Assembly: GCA_965153355.1 (NCBI GenBank)
Contig: OZ231126.1
Span: 33,418,001 to 33,482,000 of the forward strand
DNA: 64,000 nucleotides
Source: Flaccisagitta enflata
Taxonomy: Eukaryota
Direction of reading: 5' to 3'
A program made the position numbers and the translations under genes. Of the stretch, positions 26,497 through 41,325 are shown piece after piece. Below the pieces are notes generated by a model. The model was not told the DNA's origin. It searched no databases and was given only the letters and a program-made list of their open reading frames with translations. How positions within the stretch are numbered: the stretch's first letter is position 1; every line of letters starts with the position of its first letter.

Positions 26497-27781
26497 CTAC
26501 AGACACTTACCGGAATATTAAGGTTATGGTTGACAAAAAAATTAATGCAGTCAAGTCAATCACGCTCTCAGCGCAGTGGCTAGCCAGGCCATGGTGAGGA
26601 ACAACCGTAATTGGTCACGTAATATGGCATCTAACTTATGTGAAGATCATAGATTGTATAAAAGTACAAGGAGACATAAGGTGGCAAGAAAATTACTATC
26701 GACATGGATAGCGCCTGAGGCAATGGAAGTGCATCAGGGGTTCCCTGAAGGCGCAGGATGGAGGTGCCTGGAGGAGCATCATGGTGCACGCAAAGTTCGT
26801 TCAAGGTTTTTCTCTCCATCGAAACTGAGAAAGAAACAAACATATAGACAAGAGCGAGAATGAGAGCTTTAAAAAGCTAGAAAGCCACGTCCGAGCCTGC
26901 CCAAAAAGTATCACTTGAAATCTAGGTTAAAATCGCGTTCGTCGGGGAAAATCCTTTCCTCGTTAATTCCTTTGTTTCAAAGCCTTACGAAATAAATCCC
27001 AAATCCTAAAAAGTTCCTCATTGAGATCCCTTCAATAGAGAGAAAACAGACAAAGAGAATGAAAGAGAACGAACGAGAGAAAAAAGAGAAAGAGAGAAAG
27101 AGAGAGAGAAAGAGACTTATTTCATTCGGATTGGCCCAGAGAGTGTGTTTGTGTATTTTGACTTTTGCCTTTCTACATCCGGATCTTGCCACAGATTCTC
27201 TCCTCTTCTTTGGTCTTCGATACGACGTGTGACTTGAATCGACAATCTCTTTTTTAAGGCAGTGGCCAGAAAATGTTGATTTGAATTGATAAAAAAAAGG
27301 GCTTCTTTCAGTCTGTTACTCTATTACTCTGCTCCTACTCAAAAGTCCAGGACTAAGATTGCCATAAATCTGGCCTTGTTTTTCAAAAAAAAAGTCTAAC
27401 TTTTCCATACTAACAGATAGTGCCTTTTTCACTTAACAAGACCGGATACACGGCAGGAGCAGTAATGCAAAAGACGCCCAAAAACGCAAAAAAAAAAAGC
27501 TGAGGGTGACAGACCGGCCGACTAACATAGCGGCTCATTGCGTCGCGTTGCACACGACTAAAGATAAACTCCGAGCAAGATTGAAGGGAAGAGTACATCC
27601 AAGTAATCAACAATCAATGAATTCTTTTTTACCCACCCGAGTTGGGAATTTTTCCCCATTTCTGGCTTTGCCCGAAAGGTTTTTTTTTCAGCAATGAGCA
27701 ATAGAAATGATCGAACGAATTTTCCAGTACATTCGAGAGTTGGGCGTAGCGTTGCTGCTTTCTTTTTTAAATTTTTCTCTG

Positions 27782-28530
<749 letters not shown>

Positions 28531-29736
28531 GGCGTGTGTTTGATTCACTTCCCACTCTTCGCGTTTTCTTGGTTTTCCACTTGATCCCTTGAGTTGAAGC
28601 AACATTCGTTGACTCATTCACAAACCGGAAGCAGATTTTCTTTTATACATAATTTTTTTCTGGTTTGAGTTTCTTGAAATTGTGGCAACGTTAGAAATCT
28701 TAGGAAAATTATTTTGAAGTGTTATGATGACTAATCCTTTCGAAGAGAGATGAGAATTTGTCGATGACCAACGGGTATCAGGAAAAATAGATTTCAGAAT
28801 AAAATGTAATCTGCAGTCCGACCTTCCTACAGTACTATCTGTATTTGTGAACTACTCGTGTTTTGTTTTCAGTCGCTCTCTACAGATTCTATGGGAAGCT
28901 GCGTTTGTCGCGTCGACTGGTCGATTGGTCCGTCCATCCATTTGTCAAATGGTCCGTCGGTCTATTTTATTTGAGTTGAAAAGTATAAAACGCGCATTCC
29001 CTTCACTGCTCCATGGACTGATAGAGGTCATGCATCCGGTAATATCGCACCCATCAAAAAAACAAAAACAAACAAATATCGGTGCAATAATAATTGAGAT
29101 TTTTACGAACAAATAACAAATGATTCATTCTCAGGATAAGAATAATCCATATTCTAGAGGTTTGAGTTGAACAAGTGGATGATTCAACATTTAAAAGGTA
29201 GAATCATGTGATCGCCGCGTTGGTTACTCTGGGCGATGAAACATCTCTTCTTGCGCAATAAACTGTAAAATTTGGTAGAAAATGAAAACGTGAAGTTGCG
29301 GGTAATTTCTACTCTGTTGCGGTCGGTAACGCCCACAAACCCTTGCTTCGGACATAAAGTCTGAAAGACGATTCCTTATGGTACACGTAATTTGGATTCA
29401 AGTTGCATTAAAACCTCAAACTCTGACTCAATTCATACTTCCAGGCTCGGTTTGCCCCATCAGAAATTTTGCCCAACAATTGATAAAGCTTAACAGTTAA
29501 CAACATAGCTTATCTCCAAAACCCAGATTTAGTTTACAATTGGCTTTGTAGTTGCCAATTGAATTGGCCCTTGACCAATGTCACATTTGCAATAAATCCA
29601 TATGGAAAGACAGCCAATTCTTTTACTTACCTTCAACTGGTCGGACAAATATTTTCTGCTTCGATCCATAAAAAGTCAACAACAATTTTTGTGTCTACTG
29701 ATGCTAATCCTTAAATCTATACCAAAGAATTTACCC

Positions 29737-29866
<130 letters not shown>

Positions 29867-31421
29867 TGAACTTCCGACGTACGAACAAAAGTAAGATCCA
29901 CTTCTTTTTCTAGCAAAGGTGAAAAAAGGAATGTCGAGAATCGAGATTGATGAAGCAATCAGAAGTGTTTTTTATTTCCCTTTTTTTTTAACAGCGTCGA
30001 AAACTCGCAAAAATCATCCCAAATTGCGGTAGTCAAGTCATTGACCAGATCCCTCCCAGAATTTATTACCACGAGAGTTTCAGATTTTTTCGTAGAGATC
30101 CCTTTTCTCATCAGATTTTAGTACGCTCTAATGAAGATGTTCGAACATCAACGTAGGCTGAGGTGCTCGTCGTAATGGAACGCACTTAATCAATTGATAT
30201 TCATATCACATTCATTTAAAAAAGACAATAAATGAAGCTAAGCTCTACTCGTTGCATGGCTTAAAATGGCTTAGAATGGTCCGATACTATAAACGAGTCA
30301 AAGTTTTTAGTAGTGTTCGTGCAGCGTGTGGGCAGGGACAGTGACGCTTAAACCTTTTTGGTCACTGGGCAGGGACAGCTTGAAAAACAAAGTGAAAAGG
30401 ACCGGCTAGGGGACTGATCGACCTAGATTCTGCCTATTATACCGCAAGAAAACGTTACTCTCCCCGCCAATCCTGAGCGCCCCTTTACCCCCTCCCCCAC
30501 AGGTCCTCACGACCCCTTTCCCCCCTTCCCCCTTCCCCCTCCCCCCTTTCCCCTCCCCCCCTTCCACATCCCGCCTACCACGAAATTGTCCAAAAGGCAA
30601 AACTTTTAGTGACTGCCAAAGATCGATAGGTTTTTTTTCATTGTTGTGTCGACAGGGAAGGAAATCGTAAACTTTCTTACGAGTCATCGCTCTCTTGATT
30701 GCTTCTGTTTCATCGTCTTACTTCTTGGTCATCTCTTCCAAATTTGTTTCTCGCTCTTTAGCGTGTAAGATTTTATGTTAACAATCGCGAAAAAAAACCG
30801 CACAATTAAGCGCCATTTGTTTTTTTCGCGGTGGGAGTTACTGAGAGAAATGTTCTTAATATAGAGGAAAATGTTGTTTTTTTTACCAAAAATTAGTGCC
30901 TAATGAATAAGACTTTATCGATGACAGGCAACTTCCTAAGATAGCTTCTTGTTTTTGTTGGTCCTCGGAGGGAGTGTACCAAGAACGGGGGAATTAAGAA
31001 AAAGGAGGTCCTATAGCAAAAATCTCGAGGTTTTCTAAATATCTGTGGCTTTAAAGCATTGCAAGTCGTATCGTCTTTTTTTAGCGCGCGAACAATTTTT
31101 CAAGCATTTCAAATTTTCAAACAAAAACACGAATAATCCTTCTCAATGTAAGATTGCCACGTGTTCAAAGAAGGAATTTGGAAGGAAGTTGGAAAACTTG
31201 ATTCAGTAGAATCATTTTGAGAAGAAAATATCCACAAAAATTGAACATCACAAACAACTTTTCTAAGAACATCCAATTCAAGTGGTTCCGTAAGGGCAAA
31301 TTTCCAAGAAATACTTGATAGAATTTGTAAAGTCTGAGATCTTGAACCGGCACCACCATGTTATCAAACCTGATTTTTGAAATTGATGGACCCATTAAAG
31401 AATAGATAATCATGTCATATA

Positions 31422-31927
31422 CCGGGTGGACATAAAAAAGGTAGCTCTGTATCTAAATAAAATAAAAACTGTTTCTAACTGCTTATTATGTGAATATTTG
31501 AAATAATGAATCTCTGAATTTGTATGTATGATTAAAATATAGAAATTCAAATTATCTATGATAAACCAAGATAACTTTTTCTGAAAATTATTGCCTGTTT
31601 ATAACTAAAAGTGATAATTGATTATCATTGGTGTTTTGAGTGTGTATTAATTTTTTTATTTAAGAAGTTTTGGTTTTTATACTTTCCTTTGACCCACTTT
31701 TAATCAACTATCTTTATTCAAAAGTGAATTTTGTTAAAATCATTGATTAATTCAATACAGTTTTTTTAAGAATAAAATGAAAAATATTGATCCTCATAAA
31801 AAATGTTCATCATGGAACATGTAGGCGACAATCATATCTAGGTAGCTAAAAATAATTTTTTTACTTAGGAGAGATTTTAAAAGTGTTATCAAAAAAATTA
31901 AAAGCTACCTTTTTAAAGACCACCCGT
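31422..31927. mobile_element. AT-rich TA-MITE (CCGGGTGG termini, mariner-type)
   Basis: TA|CCGGGTGGACATAAAAAAGGTAGCT ... AGCTACCTTTTTAAAGACCACCCGT|TA. Confidence 0.7.
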
Positions 31928-31972
31928 TATCTGCACAAAAATGCGTCATTCCTTTCTTCTTCTTCTTCTTCT

Positions 31973-32373
31973 TTTTGGGCCGATGTCCTGTAGAACACAG
32001 GGGGAATTTCCAGACGTTCGTCCTTCCTCCCGTCCGTCCTTCCGGCAATCAAGGCCTCAAATTTGCCCTCCCAGCCCTCAATTTAGTCCTCCAGGCCTCA
32101 AATCAGCCTTCCAGGCTTCAAATCAACCCCCTCCAGCCTCAAAATTTGAACTCCAGATCTCAAATCTGTCCTCCAGACCTTCAGTTAGCCCTCCATGCAT
32201 TAAATCAGGGCCTGAAATATGCCCCCTAAGGACGTCTGGATATTCCCCCCTGTGATCTACAGGACATCGGCCCTTTGGGGCCGCTGCCCTGCTCTCACTC
32301 CACTTCTTCACTGGATCACTCCCAGCAGGGCATCGGGAACCGCTGACCATGTGCGATCCTTGGATGACTAGTT
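31973..32373 (+). mobile_element. HINE-like element, second family
   Basis: GGGCCGATGTCCTGTAGAACACAGGGGGA ... CCCCCTGTGATCTACAGGACATCGGCCC inverted repeats, CCAGGCCTCAAATC internal repeats, 3' tail ending GACTAGTT. Confidence 0.7.
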
Positions 32374-33198
32374 CTCCTTCTTTTTCTTCTTCTTCTTCTT
32401 CTTCTTCTTCTTCTTCTTCTTCTTCTTCTTCTTCTTCTTCTTCTTCTTCTTCTCCTTCTTTTTCTTTTTCTTTTTCTTTTTCTTTTTCTTTTTCTTTTTC
32501 TTCTTCTTCTTCTTCTTCTTCTTCCTCCTCTTATTCTTCTTCTTCTTCATCATCTTCTTAATCTTCTTCTCCAAAATTGGACCTTGATCTATAACTAGCC
32601 TTCTCGCTTTGTCTCGTGGGAATTCCGTCTTTGGACCAAACGATTTGTTTTTCTCAAAATTTAGATATACCAAAGACGGATATAAATCGGGTGACTTCTA
32701 CGGCCATCGGCGAAATTTCTATTTATAGCTCATAAACTGACTAATAGTCTCTATGTCTCAGTTTCTGTCTTTGTCTCTGTCTCTGTCTCCACGACGAAAT
32801 CCCATCTAAGTCCTTTGTTTTAATCTTGGAGTTTACACGTGGATTCAAATTTGTTTGCGAGTTTAAAAAAAAAAAAACAAGAAAAAAAAGTAAGGTGCGG
32901 GTTTGTTAGTTGTTAGTTAACTTTTTTTTTCTAATTTGAGTGAGCGAGTTGAACGTTGTTGAGCCTCCTCAATTCGTCATGTCAGCCCCTTTCACAGACG
33001 TGTGAAGAAGCTCGGGCGCCACTTAGCGGGCGGTCGCCCCAAAACGCCTCCTTTCTCGGCGCCTCGACTTTTTTTTCTTCACCGTTGTGACAAAAAGACA
33101 TGAGAAAACTAGTCAATCAAGAATCATACATGGTCAGTGGTACCTGATGCCCTGCATGGAGTGATCAACTGAAGAAGTAAAGTGAGAGCAGGAAAGTA

Positions 33199-33361
33199 CA
33201 GTTAAATCCCGCTCCGACGGACTTCGGGGGATCAATGAATTTTATCTGTTTTAGGCTGAATTCTGTCATGGCCAATATGGGAAATAAAAGAAAATGAGTT
33301 AAAAGGATCAAGCAATACCTTCTGTTATAGGCGGAATTCCGTTAAAGGCGGGGTTTGACTG
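33199..33361. mobile_element. pogo-like TA-MITE
   Basis: TA|CAGTTAAATCCCGC ... GCGGGGTTTGACTG|TA. Confidence 0.75.
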
Positions 33362-33605
33362 TAGCCCCAAAGGGTCAATGTCCTTTAGAACATACATGTG
33401 AACTACCAGAGGTCCTGAGAGGACACTCTGAAAGCCAATTAAGGGTTTTTAAGGGTGATTTTATCAATTGGAGAGTTTGAAAGGGCCTGGGAGGGCTGAT
33501 TCAGGGTTTTACTAGGCCAAATAAAGATTTAAAAAGTGTTGGGGGAGGATATAAAGATAGACCGACATCTGAAAATTCACCCCTGTGTCCTATTGTATCA
33601 CTTTA

Positions 33606-34053
33606 CAGACTTAGACCAGACTTAGACCAGACTTAGACCAGACTTAGACCAGACTTAGACCAGACTTAGACCGGACTTAGACCGGACTTAGACCGGACTT
33701 AGACCGGACTTAGACCGGACTTAGACCGGACTTAGACCAGACTTAGACCAGACTTAGACCAGACTTAGACCAGACTTAGACCAGACTTAGACCAGACTTA
33801 GACCAGACTTAGACCAGACTTAGACCAGACTTAGACCAGACTTAGACCAGACTTAGACCAGACTTAGACCAGACTTAGACCAGACTTAGACCAGACTTAG
33901 ACTAGACTTAGACCAGACTTAGACCAGACTTAGACCAGACTAAGACCAGACTTAGACCAGACTTAGACCAGACTTAGACCAGACTTAGACCAGACTTAGA
34001 CCAGACTTAGACCAGACTTAGACCAGACTTAGACCAGACTTAGACCAGACTTA
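33606..34053. repeat. 11-bp minisatellite (TTAGACCAGAC)~40 inside a truncated HINE
   Basis: Near-perfect array with a block of TTAGACCGGAC variants; followed by the HINE 5' end GTAGAGTCGCATGCACGCAACTAAAAA (minus orientation). Confidence 0.9.
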
Positions 34054-34614
34054 AAAAATGACTCAAAATAACTCCAGACAACCCAAAATCACCAAAAACG
34101 TCGCAAAAAAGCTAAGTGTTACCGACGGACGGACCGACGGAGCGGGTTGTAGAGTCGCATGCACGCAACTAAAAAGTGTTGGGGGAGGATATAAAGATAG
34201 ACCGACATCTGAAAATTCACCCCTGTGTCCTACAGGACATCGGTCCTTTGGGGCCGCTGCCCAAAGAGGAAAGGAACGATGATCACTGAAAGTCGACGGT
34301 CAGTTTGACCGGCGCCATGAAGTCCGAATCGGAGGAAGTGATGGAGAAAGAGCCGAGTCATTTCCACAGAAAAGCTTGGAACCTCAAGATCTGATCGATC
34401 GGCATTTCACCCAAAAATGTACATAAGTCAACATGTTACATTGCCTTAGATGGGCACAACATGTCCCGCAAGTGATCATTAGTATAGGCAGCAAAGGCAA
34501 GGAATCAAGATTCTGTTTTCTTTTAAGCCTCTTTGATTAATTTGCTATTCTAAGGCAATTGACGCGGTATCGGAACATGTTGGGACATTCAGCCAGCTTC
34601 CATTTTCATTGCTT

Positions 34615-34854
<240 letters not shown>

Positions 34855-34977
34855 GTTGTTTGTCAATTGTCAATCTCCGATTTCTTGTTTGAGAGGGATG
34901 AGAATACGAATGATGCCCGGAGGACGATGATGTCATTCATCTCGTATTCATGACACCAGACGGCAAAGAAAGGTGGG

Positions 34978-35872
34978 TGCTGCCACTTCAGCTATCGCCT
35001 CCACTGCCGCTTCCACCTCCACTGTTGCTACCGACTTCACTGTTGCTACCGCCACCACTGCCGCTACCACCTCCACTTCGACTACAAGCTGCACTGCTGC
35101 TACCGCCACCACTGCCGCTACCACCTCCACTTCAGCTATCACCTCCACTGCCGCTACCACCTAACTGTTGCTACCGGCTTCACTGTTACTACCGCCACCA
35201 CTGCCGCTACCACCTCTATTTCGACTACAAGCTGCACTACTGCTACCGCCACCACTGCCGCTACCACCTCCAATTCAGCTATCACCTCCACTGCCGCTTC
35301 CACCTCCACTTCAGCTATCACCTCCACTGCCGCTTCCACCTCCACTGTTGCTACCGGCTTCACTGTTGCTACCGCCACCACTGCCGCTACCACCTCCACT
35401 TCGACTACAAGCTGCACTGCTGCTACCGCCACCACTGCCGCTACCACCTCCACTTCAGCTATCACCTTCACTGCCGCTACCACCTAACTGTTGCTACCGG
35501 CTTCACTGTTACAACCGCCACCACTGCCGCTACCACCTCCATTTCGACTACAAGCTGCACTGCTGCTACCGCCACCACTGCCGCTACCACCTCCAATTCA
35601 GCTATCACCTCCACTGCCGCTTCCACCTCCACTGTTGCTACCGGCTTCACTGTTGCCACCGCCACCACTGCCGCTACTACCTCCACTTCGACTACAAGCT
35701 GCACTGCTGCTACCGCCACCACTGCCGCTACCACCTCCACTGCTGCATTTGACACCTCTGCCACTTCCACTTCCACTGCTACCGCCTCCACGGGCGCCTC
35801 CACACCCATCGCCACTGCTTGTGCCACTGCTTCTAACGCCACCACTGCCACGTCCACTGCTGCCTGCACTGC
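34978..35872. repeat. Triplet-based GC-rich minisatellite (Thr/Ala/Ser-type codons) with a 323-bp higher-order period
   Basis: Recurrent GCTACCGCCACCACTGCCGCTACCACCTCC; CTAACTGTTGCTACCGGCTTC at 35161 and 35484. Confidence 0.85.
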
Positions 35873-36235
35873 CGTCGTTCGTCGGCGTCTTCAAGGTGGC
35901 GCCATCTCATTTTTTTGACGTCTTGATCCGATTTGACAATCCCAAAAAGGTGAATTGAGAGAGGAAGGAAAAAAAAGTAGACGCATGCTAAAACGAGACA
36001 AAAAAAAAGACAAAAACACAAAGAACACAAAAAAACACAAAAAAAAAAAAAACACAAAAAACACAAAATGGCCAAAATATTCCACTGTACTGCGTTTGTC
36101 CATCAAGCGAATGATTGTCATTTTAGTGCCGTTCCAGTTGACAGTTATCAATACTCTCATGAAATGAGATCTCATCATAAACTTTATGCGGTCTAGTGGT
36201 CTACAGCGTATTGCAATCTAGGTCCATGATTCATA

Positions 36236-36848
36236 CTGGGTCATCAGCCTGAGATGCCGGATAATGTTAGGCTTTTACTCTGAGATGCCATATATCAGGA
36301 ATTTCTCACTGATTGTCTCTTAAAGAGTATAGATTGACATTTTATTGTATCAAAATTTCATCAAAATCGGTCAAGTAGTTCAGATTTTACATGAGTTTAA
36401 GTAAAAAACTTCTTTTTTGCCACTTCTATTTTTGGAGGAGAAAATGGAGGAACCGTGTTTTTCCCAATTCTCTCATTTTGCAATGTTTTGAGCCAGAGAC
36501 ACAAGATTAGTCCTAAATAAAAGATGATATGACAAATTTATGAAACTACATTAAATTTCTTTTCAAACTAGACCATTGACATGTTTCCAGCTCAAATTGT
36601 TCAAAAAAAGAAGGAAATGTGGAAATGCTCTTTTTCATTATTTTTATGGAAAATTCTGCCATTAAGAGAAAGTTAGTTTTTACTTCAAAGACTTGTAAAA
36701 TCTAAACGGCTTGACCGATTTTGATGAAATTTTGATACAAAAAATGTCAATCTATGCTTTTTAAGAGAAAATCAATATGAAATCCAAAATGTGTGGCATC
36801 CCTGAGTAAAAGCTTAACAGAATCCGGCATCTCAGGCTGATGACCCGG
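36236..36848. mobile_element. TA-MITE with ~170-bp inverted arms
   Basis: TA|CTGGGTCATCAGCCTGAGATGCCGGA ... TCCGGCATCTCAGGCTGATGACCCGG|TA; internal GTATCAAAATTTCATCAAAATCGGTCAAG inverted. Confidence 0.88.
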
Positions 36849-37023
36849 TAACAGTTTCCTTTGTCCCCCACCTTTGGCGTTTTAATTAATCTGATATCTC
36901 AACAACGTGATTAGCGAATGACAAAACACATGAGAACTTCACTTTTCTATATAATTATAATTCATGAGAATATCGTCATTCAGAAATAAGAAAGAATCTT
37001 TTCCCGCGTCTGGATCAATATAG

Positions 37024-38489
37024 AACAAGGCCGGATACACGGGCCAAGACGGTGCGCCGAGCGTTATTTATTCATAGCTATCCCTAGCTCCATCAGACCT
37101 ATCCCTAGCTCTATCAGACCATTCCTAGCTCTATCAGACCATTTCTAGCTCTATCAGACCTATCCCGTCGGGCATTATCAGTCCATAGCTATCCCTAGCT
37201 CCATCAGACCTATCCCTAGCTCTATCAGACCAATCCAAGCTCTATAAGACCTATCCCGAGCTCTATCAGGCCTCTCCCGAGCTCTATCAGACCTTTCCCA
37301 AGCTCTATCAGACCTATCACCAGCTCTATCAGACCTATCCCCAGCTCTATCAGACCTCTCCTAAGACCTATCCGACGTATCACCAGACCTATCCGACCTA
37401 TCCTCAGCTCTATAAGACCTAACCGTAGCTGATTATATTAGTATCATTTATGATATATATGATATATATGATATATATAATATATATGATATATATGATA
37501 GGATATATGATATGATATATGATATATATGATATATGATATGATATATGATGTATATTATATGATATGATATATGATATGATATGAGATATGATATATCA
37601 TATATGATATGAAATACGATATGATATATGATATGATATATGATATGAGATGATATATGACAGGATATATGACAGGATATATGACAGGATATATGACATG
37701 ATAATTGATATATGATATGATATATGATATGATATATGATATGATATATGACATGATATATGATATGATATATGATATGATATATGATTTGATATATGAT
37801 ATATGATATAATATATGATATGATATATGATATATGATTTGATATATGATGTGATATATGATATGATATATGATATGATATATGATATGATATATATGAT
37901 ATGATATATGATATGATATATGATATATATGATATGATATGATATATGATTTGATATATGATATGATATATGATATGATATATGATATGATATATGATAT
38001 GATATATGATATGATATATGATATGATATGATATATGATATGATATATGATATATCATATAAGATATATGATATATGATATGATATGTATATATATGATA
38101 TGATATATGATATATGATATGATATGATATATAATATATGATATATGATATATGATATATATATGATGATATATATGATATGATATATATGATATGATAT
38201 ACATGATATCATTCATGATATATATCATTTATGAATTATGGTATATTAGTATCATTTATGATGAGCGAAATGAGTTTTCGATTGATTTTAAACATTTTTA
38301 GCGGACAGAGCTTCTTTTGGAGATGCTATGGCGCATCTAAAAATCATCCCAGCATATTTCTGAACCATTTCCAGTGATTTTTGCTTCTTTTCGAGATTTT
38401 CAACTCGAGCGTTACGTGACCGACCGACCGACCAACCAACCGACCGACAGACAGAGCCTCTCATAGAGGTGCTATGGCGCACCTAAAAA
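37024..38489 (-). mobile_element. HINE-like element carrying a ~21-bp array and a ~780-bp (GATAT/GATATAT)n tract
   Basis: AACAAGGCCGGATACACGGGCC...GGTGCGCC at left; AGGTGCTATGGCGCACCTAAAAA at right; CTAGCTCTATCAGACCTATCC repeats 37075-37420; AT-rich tract 37450-38230. Confidence 0.75.
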
Positions 38490-40433
38490 GAAACTTAATT
38501 GACAGGTTAATTGTAGTGAAAGCTGGAGTAGATTTCCGGGCTCCACTTTGATGAGTCTAATACAATGTCAAAATTTCTTCAAAGGCAAACCGCCTATTGT
38601 TACATGCGTCAGCGCATCTCTGTAACAAGCTCTGTCCGTCCGTCCGTATGTCCGTCACACATGTTCCCAAATCACGAAGATGACGCGTCGAGATGCCCAT
38701 ACGGGATTGTTGTTTCTACCACGGTCACATTTGGAATACTCCCCCGCAAACACGGCCCAAACAAAGTTTCTTGGTAATTTCCCTGGAACATTTACTTAGA
38801 ATATTTTTGAATCTCGTGTGGAATTTTGTGATGAAGACGTGAGGAGAATCATTAATATCATTGATCTGAAAAAGCGAGTTTAACGACGTGGATAAACGTG
38901 GTTATGACGAATCGATATTTTGTTATTCCGATACTCGAGGGCGCAACTGAAAACTTCTCGATCATCCACTCCGGCTCTCTCTGACGCCCCTCCTCAAGGC
39001 CGTAGATCTTCAGTACAGTTGAACCCAGCTATAACGGACCCGCCACTAACCGAATCCCACCGCGTTAAACAGGACCAAAGAAAACAATGTATCCCAGCTT
39101 CTTAAAATGGTAGAATGATTTTCCAAACAGATTCAGATAGCTCTAGAAAAACGATTTTTTTATCTGTAACTCATCAAAAAAATTGAATCCTTTTGTATTG
39201 TTCAAAGCAAAGTATGGTTTTCACTTTGAGTTTTTGCTTGATTTGTTATGGTTTGACAAGCATCTTTTTGGCCCTCTGTCATTTCCAAACAAATGGTGCT
39301 ACAATCCTGGCAATGGTCTTGAATTAAGGATATTGTGAGGTAGAATCATACCTGTGCAGAAAATGAGAAAATTGTACGGTATTGGTTGGGTCGACTTTTT
39401 TGTAAGTTTTGCCACAAAAAAATTCATGTACATTGACAAAACATTGAATAACTATGGTGAATAATACAATTTGGACAAAAGTCATGAGGGAATCCCAATA
39501 TTTATTGTCCTAGCTAAACTGACAACCATTTCTGACCATTTTTTTGTCATCAATGTTTGCATATGGCATGGAAAATCTGAGGAAAAACCTTATATTATGA
39601 TGGAAATTGATGTTTTTTTGCCAAGTAAGTAAGTTTAATGCTTCACCCTCGAGCCACAATTGGTGTGTGACTCCCAGAGGTATTTCAGGCGATAACAAAA
39701 TGTCTACTCACATGAGTAGGGGTGTTAATCCTATAGTTTACAACTCCATTCGCTAATAGTAGCAGCATACAAAGGAAATTGTCATTACAGAATTACAGAA
39801 TTACAGAATTACAGCATTACAGCATTTCAGCAATACAGAATTCATCTAGCCAACACAAGAATCACAGTGGTAAGAAATTAATCCCACGTCAGAACATGTC
39901 GCCACATTAACAATAGGGCCAATTACATCACACTACTATAATTCCGTGGCAAAGTTATAAAAAAAGGCATTTTTTCATGGTTTCGCCAAGGGCTTATGCT
40001 CTGATACCAACTTAGCTACTAACCTTCCAGATCTGGCTACTAAATGGGGTACCCTAGCTACCAGATTAAGAAAATGGAATTTAACTACTTTTTTAGCTAC
40101 TTTTAGGATAAAGATTTAGCTACTTTTAGCTACTAATGAGAGCACGAGTTTCTTTGGATGATAAGGGAGATCATTCAAGAGAATCAGTTTGAATTGTAAC
40201 AGTCAAAAACACTGCAAATTCATATAACAGATAAAATTTGTAAGTCCCTTGAAATCCATTAGAGCGGGGTTTAACCGTAACTCCAAGCTTTGATTTGATC
40301 AACGAAGTGAGGACTTTAAATCGCACATGGAAGTGATGCAGACGCTTAATCTTGATGACTTGCTCATTGGGCAGGGGGCAGGGGCAGTGATGCAAAAATG
40401 TGCTCGTTATTGAATTCAAAATTGTTTTTCATA

Positions 40434-41245
40434 CAATGGGGTTTGTGGAATAACAGCCTAAACTGGAGGAAGGCATTTACGTGTCTTAATTTCATTTGAG
40501 AAACTTGACATTTGAGATAAAAGTTGTTGAATCAATGCTTTTGTCCCTGAGTTTTTTGGTTGCTATGGAAACCAAAATTATTTTTTCAAACATTTATAAC
40601 TACTAGAATAACCTTGGCGACAAAAAAAATGGCGGATTTTTCAAAACAGATTCGATCTACCTTAATCTAATAAAAATTTATTAAAATTGGTGATGGTTAA
40701 AAATCTTTCATTTGAGTTGTGTCTGGAATTTTTAACTCAAACGGTTTAGAAGCTACAGCAGTTTGAACATGACTACTCCATTTCTGCTCTAATGTCATGT
40801 CAAGAATGAGTGATAAAAAACGATCATCCTAAAACCATAGTAAAAATTCTCTGATTTTGATGAAAATTGAACTGGAAGCGCTGAATACCTTCCTCTGACA
40901 GCTCCTCAAAAATGTATAATTTACGTGCAATTCTCGTGCAATTTTCGTGCAATTCTCGTGCAATTTTTGTGCAATTTACGTGCAATTTACGTGCAGTTTT
41001 CGTGCAATTTACGTGCAACTTATATGCGACTTACGTGTGACTTATGTGCGTGATTTTCGATTTAACTCATGTGCAAACGTGATTTTATCTGATTTAACTT
41101 ATTATTTTACATTTTTTTTGCTGTTTTAGACCATCTTATGAAGAGCTAAAAAGCGAAACGCATTAGATGTTCGAAATTTTCTTATATCATGACATACAAA
41201 GTTCGAATTATGCATCATTTGTTCAATTAAACTCACTCATATATA

Positions 41246-41325
<80 letters not shown>

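Larger units (their letters stand above)
33107..34265 (-). mobile_element. HINE-like element, second family, with two nested insertions
   Basis: 33107-33192 is a diverged reverse complement of 32288-32373; right end CAGGACATCGGTCCTTTGGGGCCGCTGCCCAAA. Confidence 0.7.

Noticed and set aside
26576..26863. Faint resemblance to an RTE-type RT C-terminus
   Set aside because: Motifs too degraded to call
33016..33032. CTCF-like motif GGCGCCACTTAGCGG
   Set aside because: Single short match with a mismatch at a core position
33606..34053. Regular array superficially like CRISPR
   Set aside because: No spacers, no cas genes, eukaryotic context
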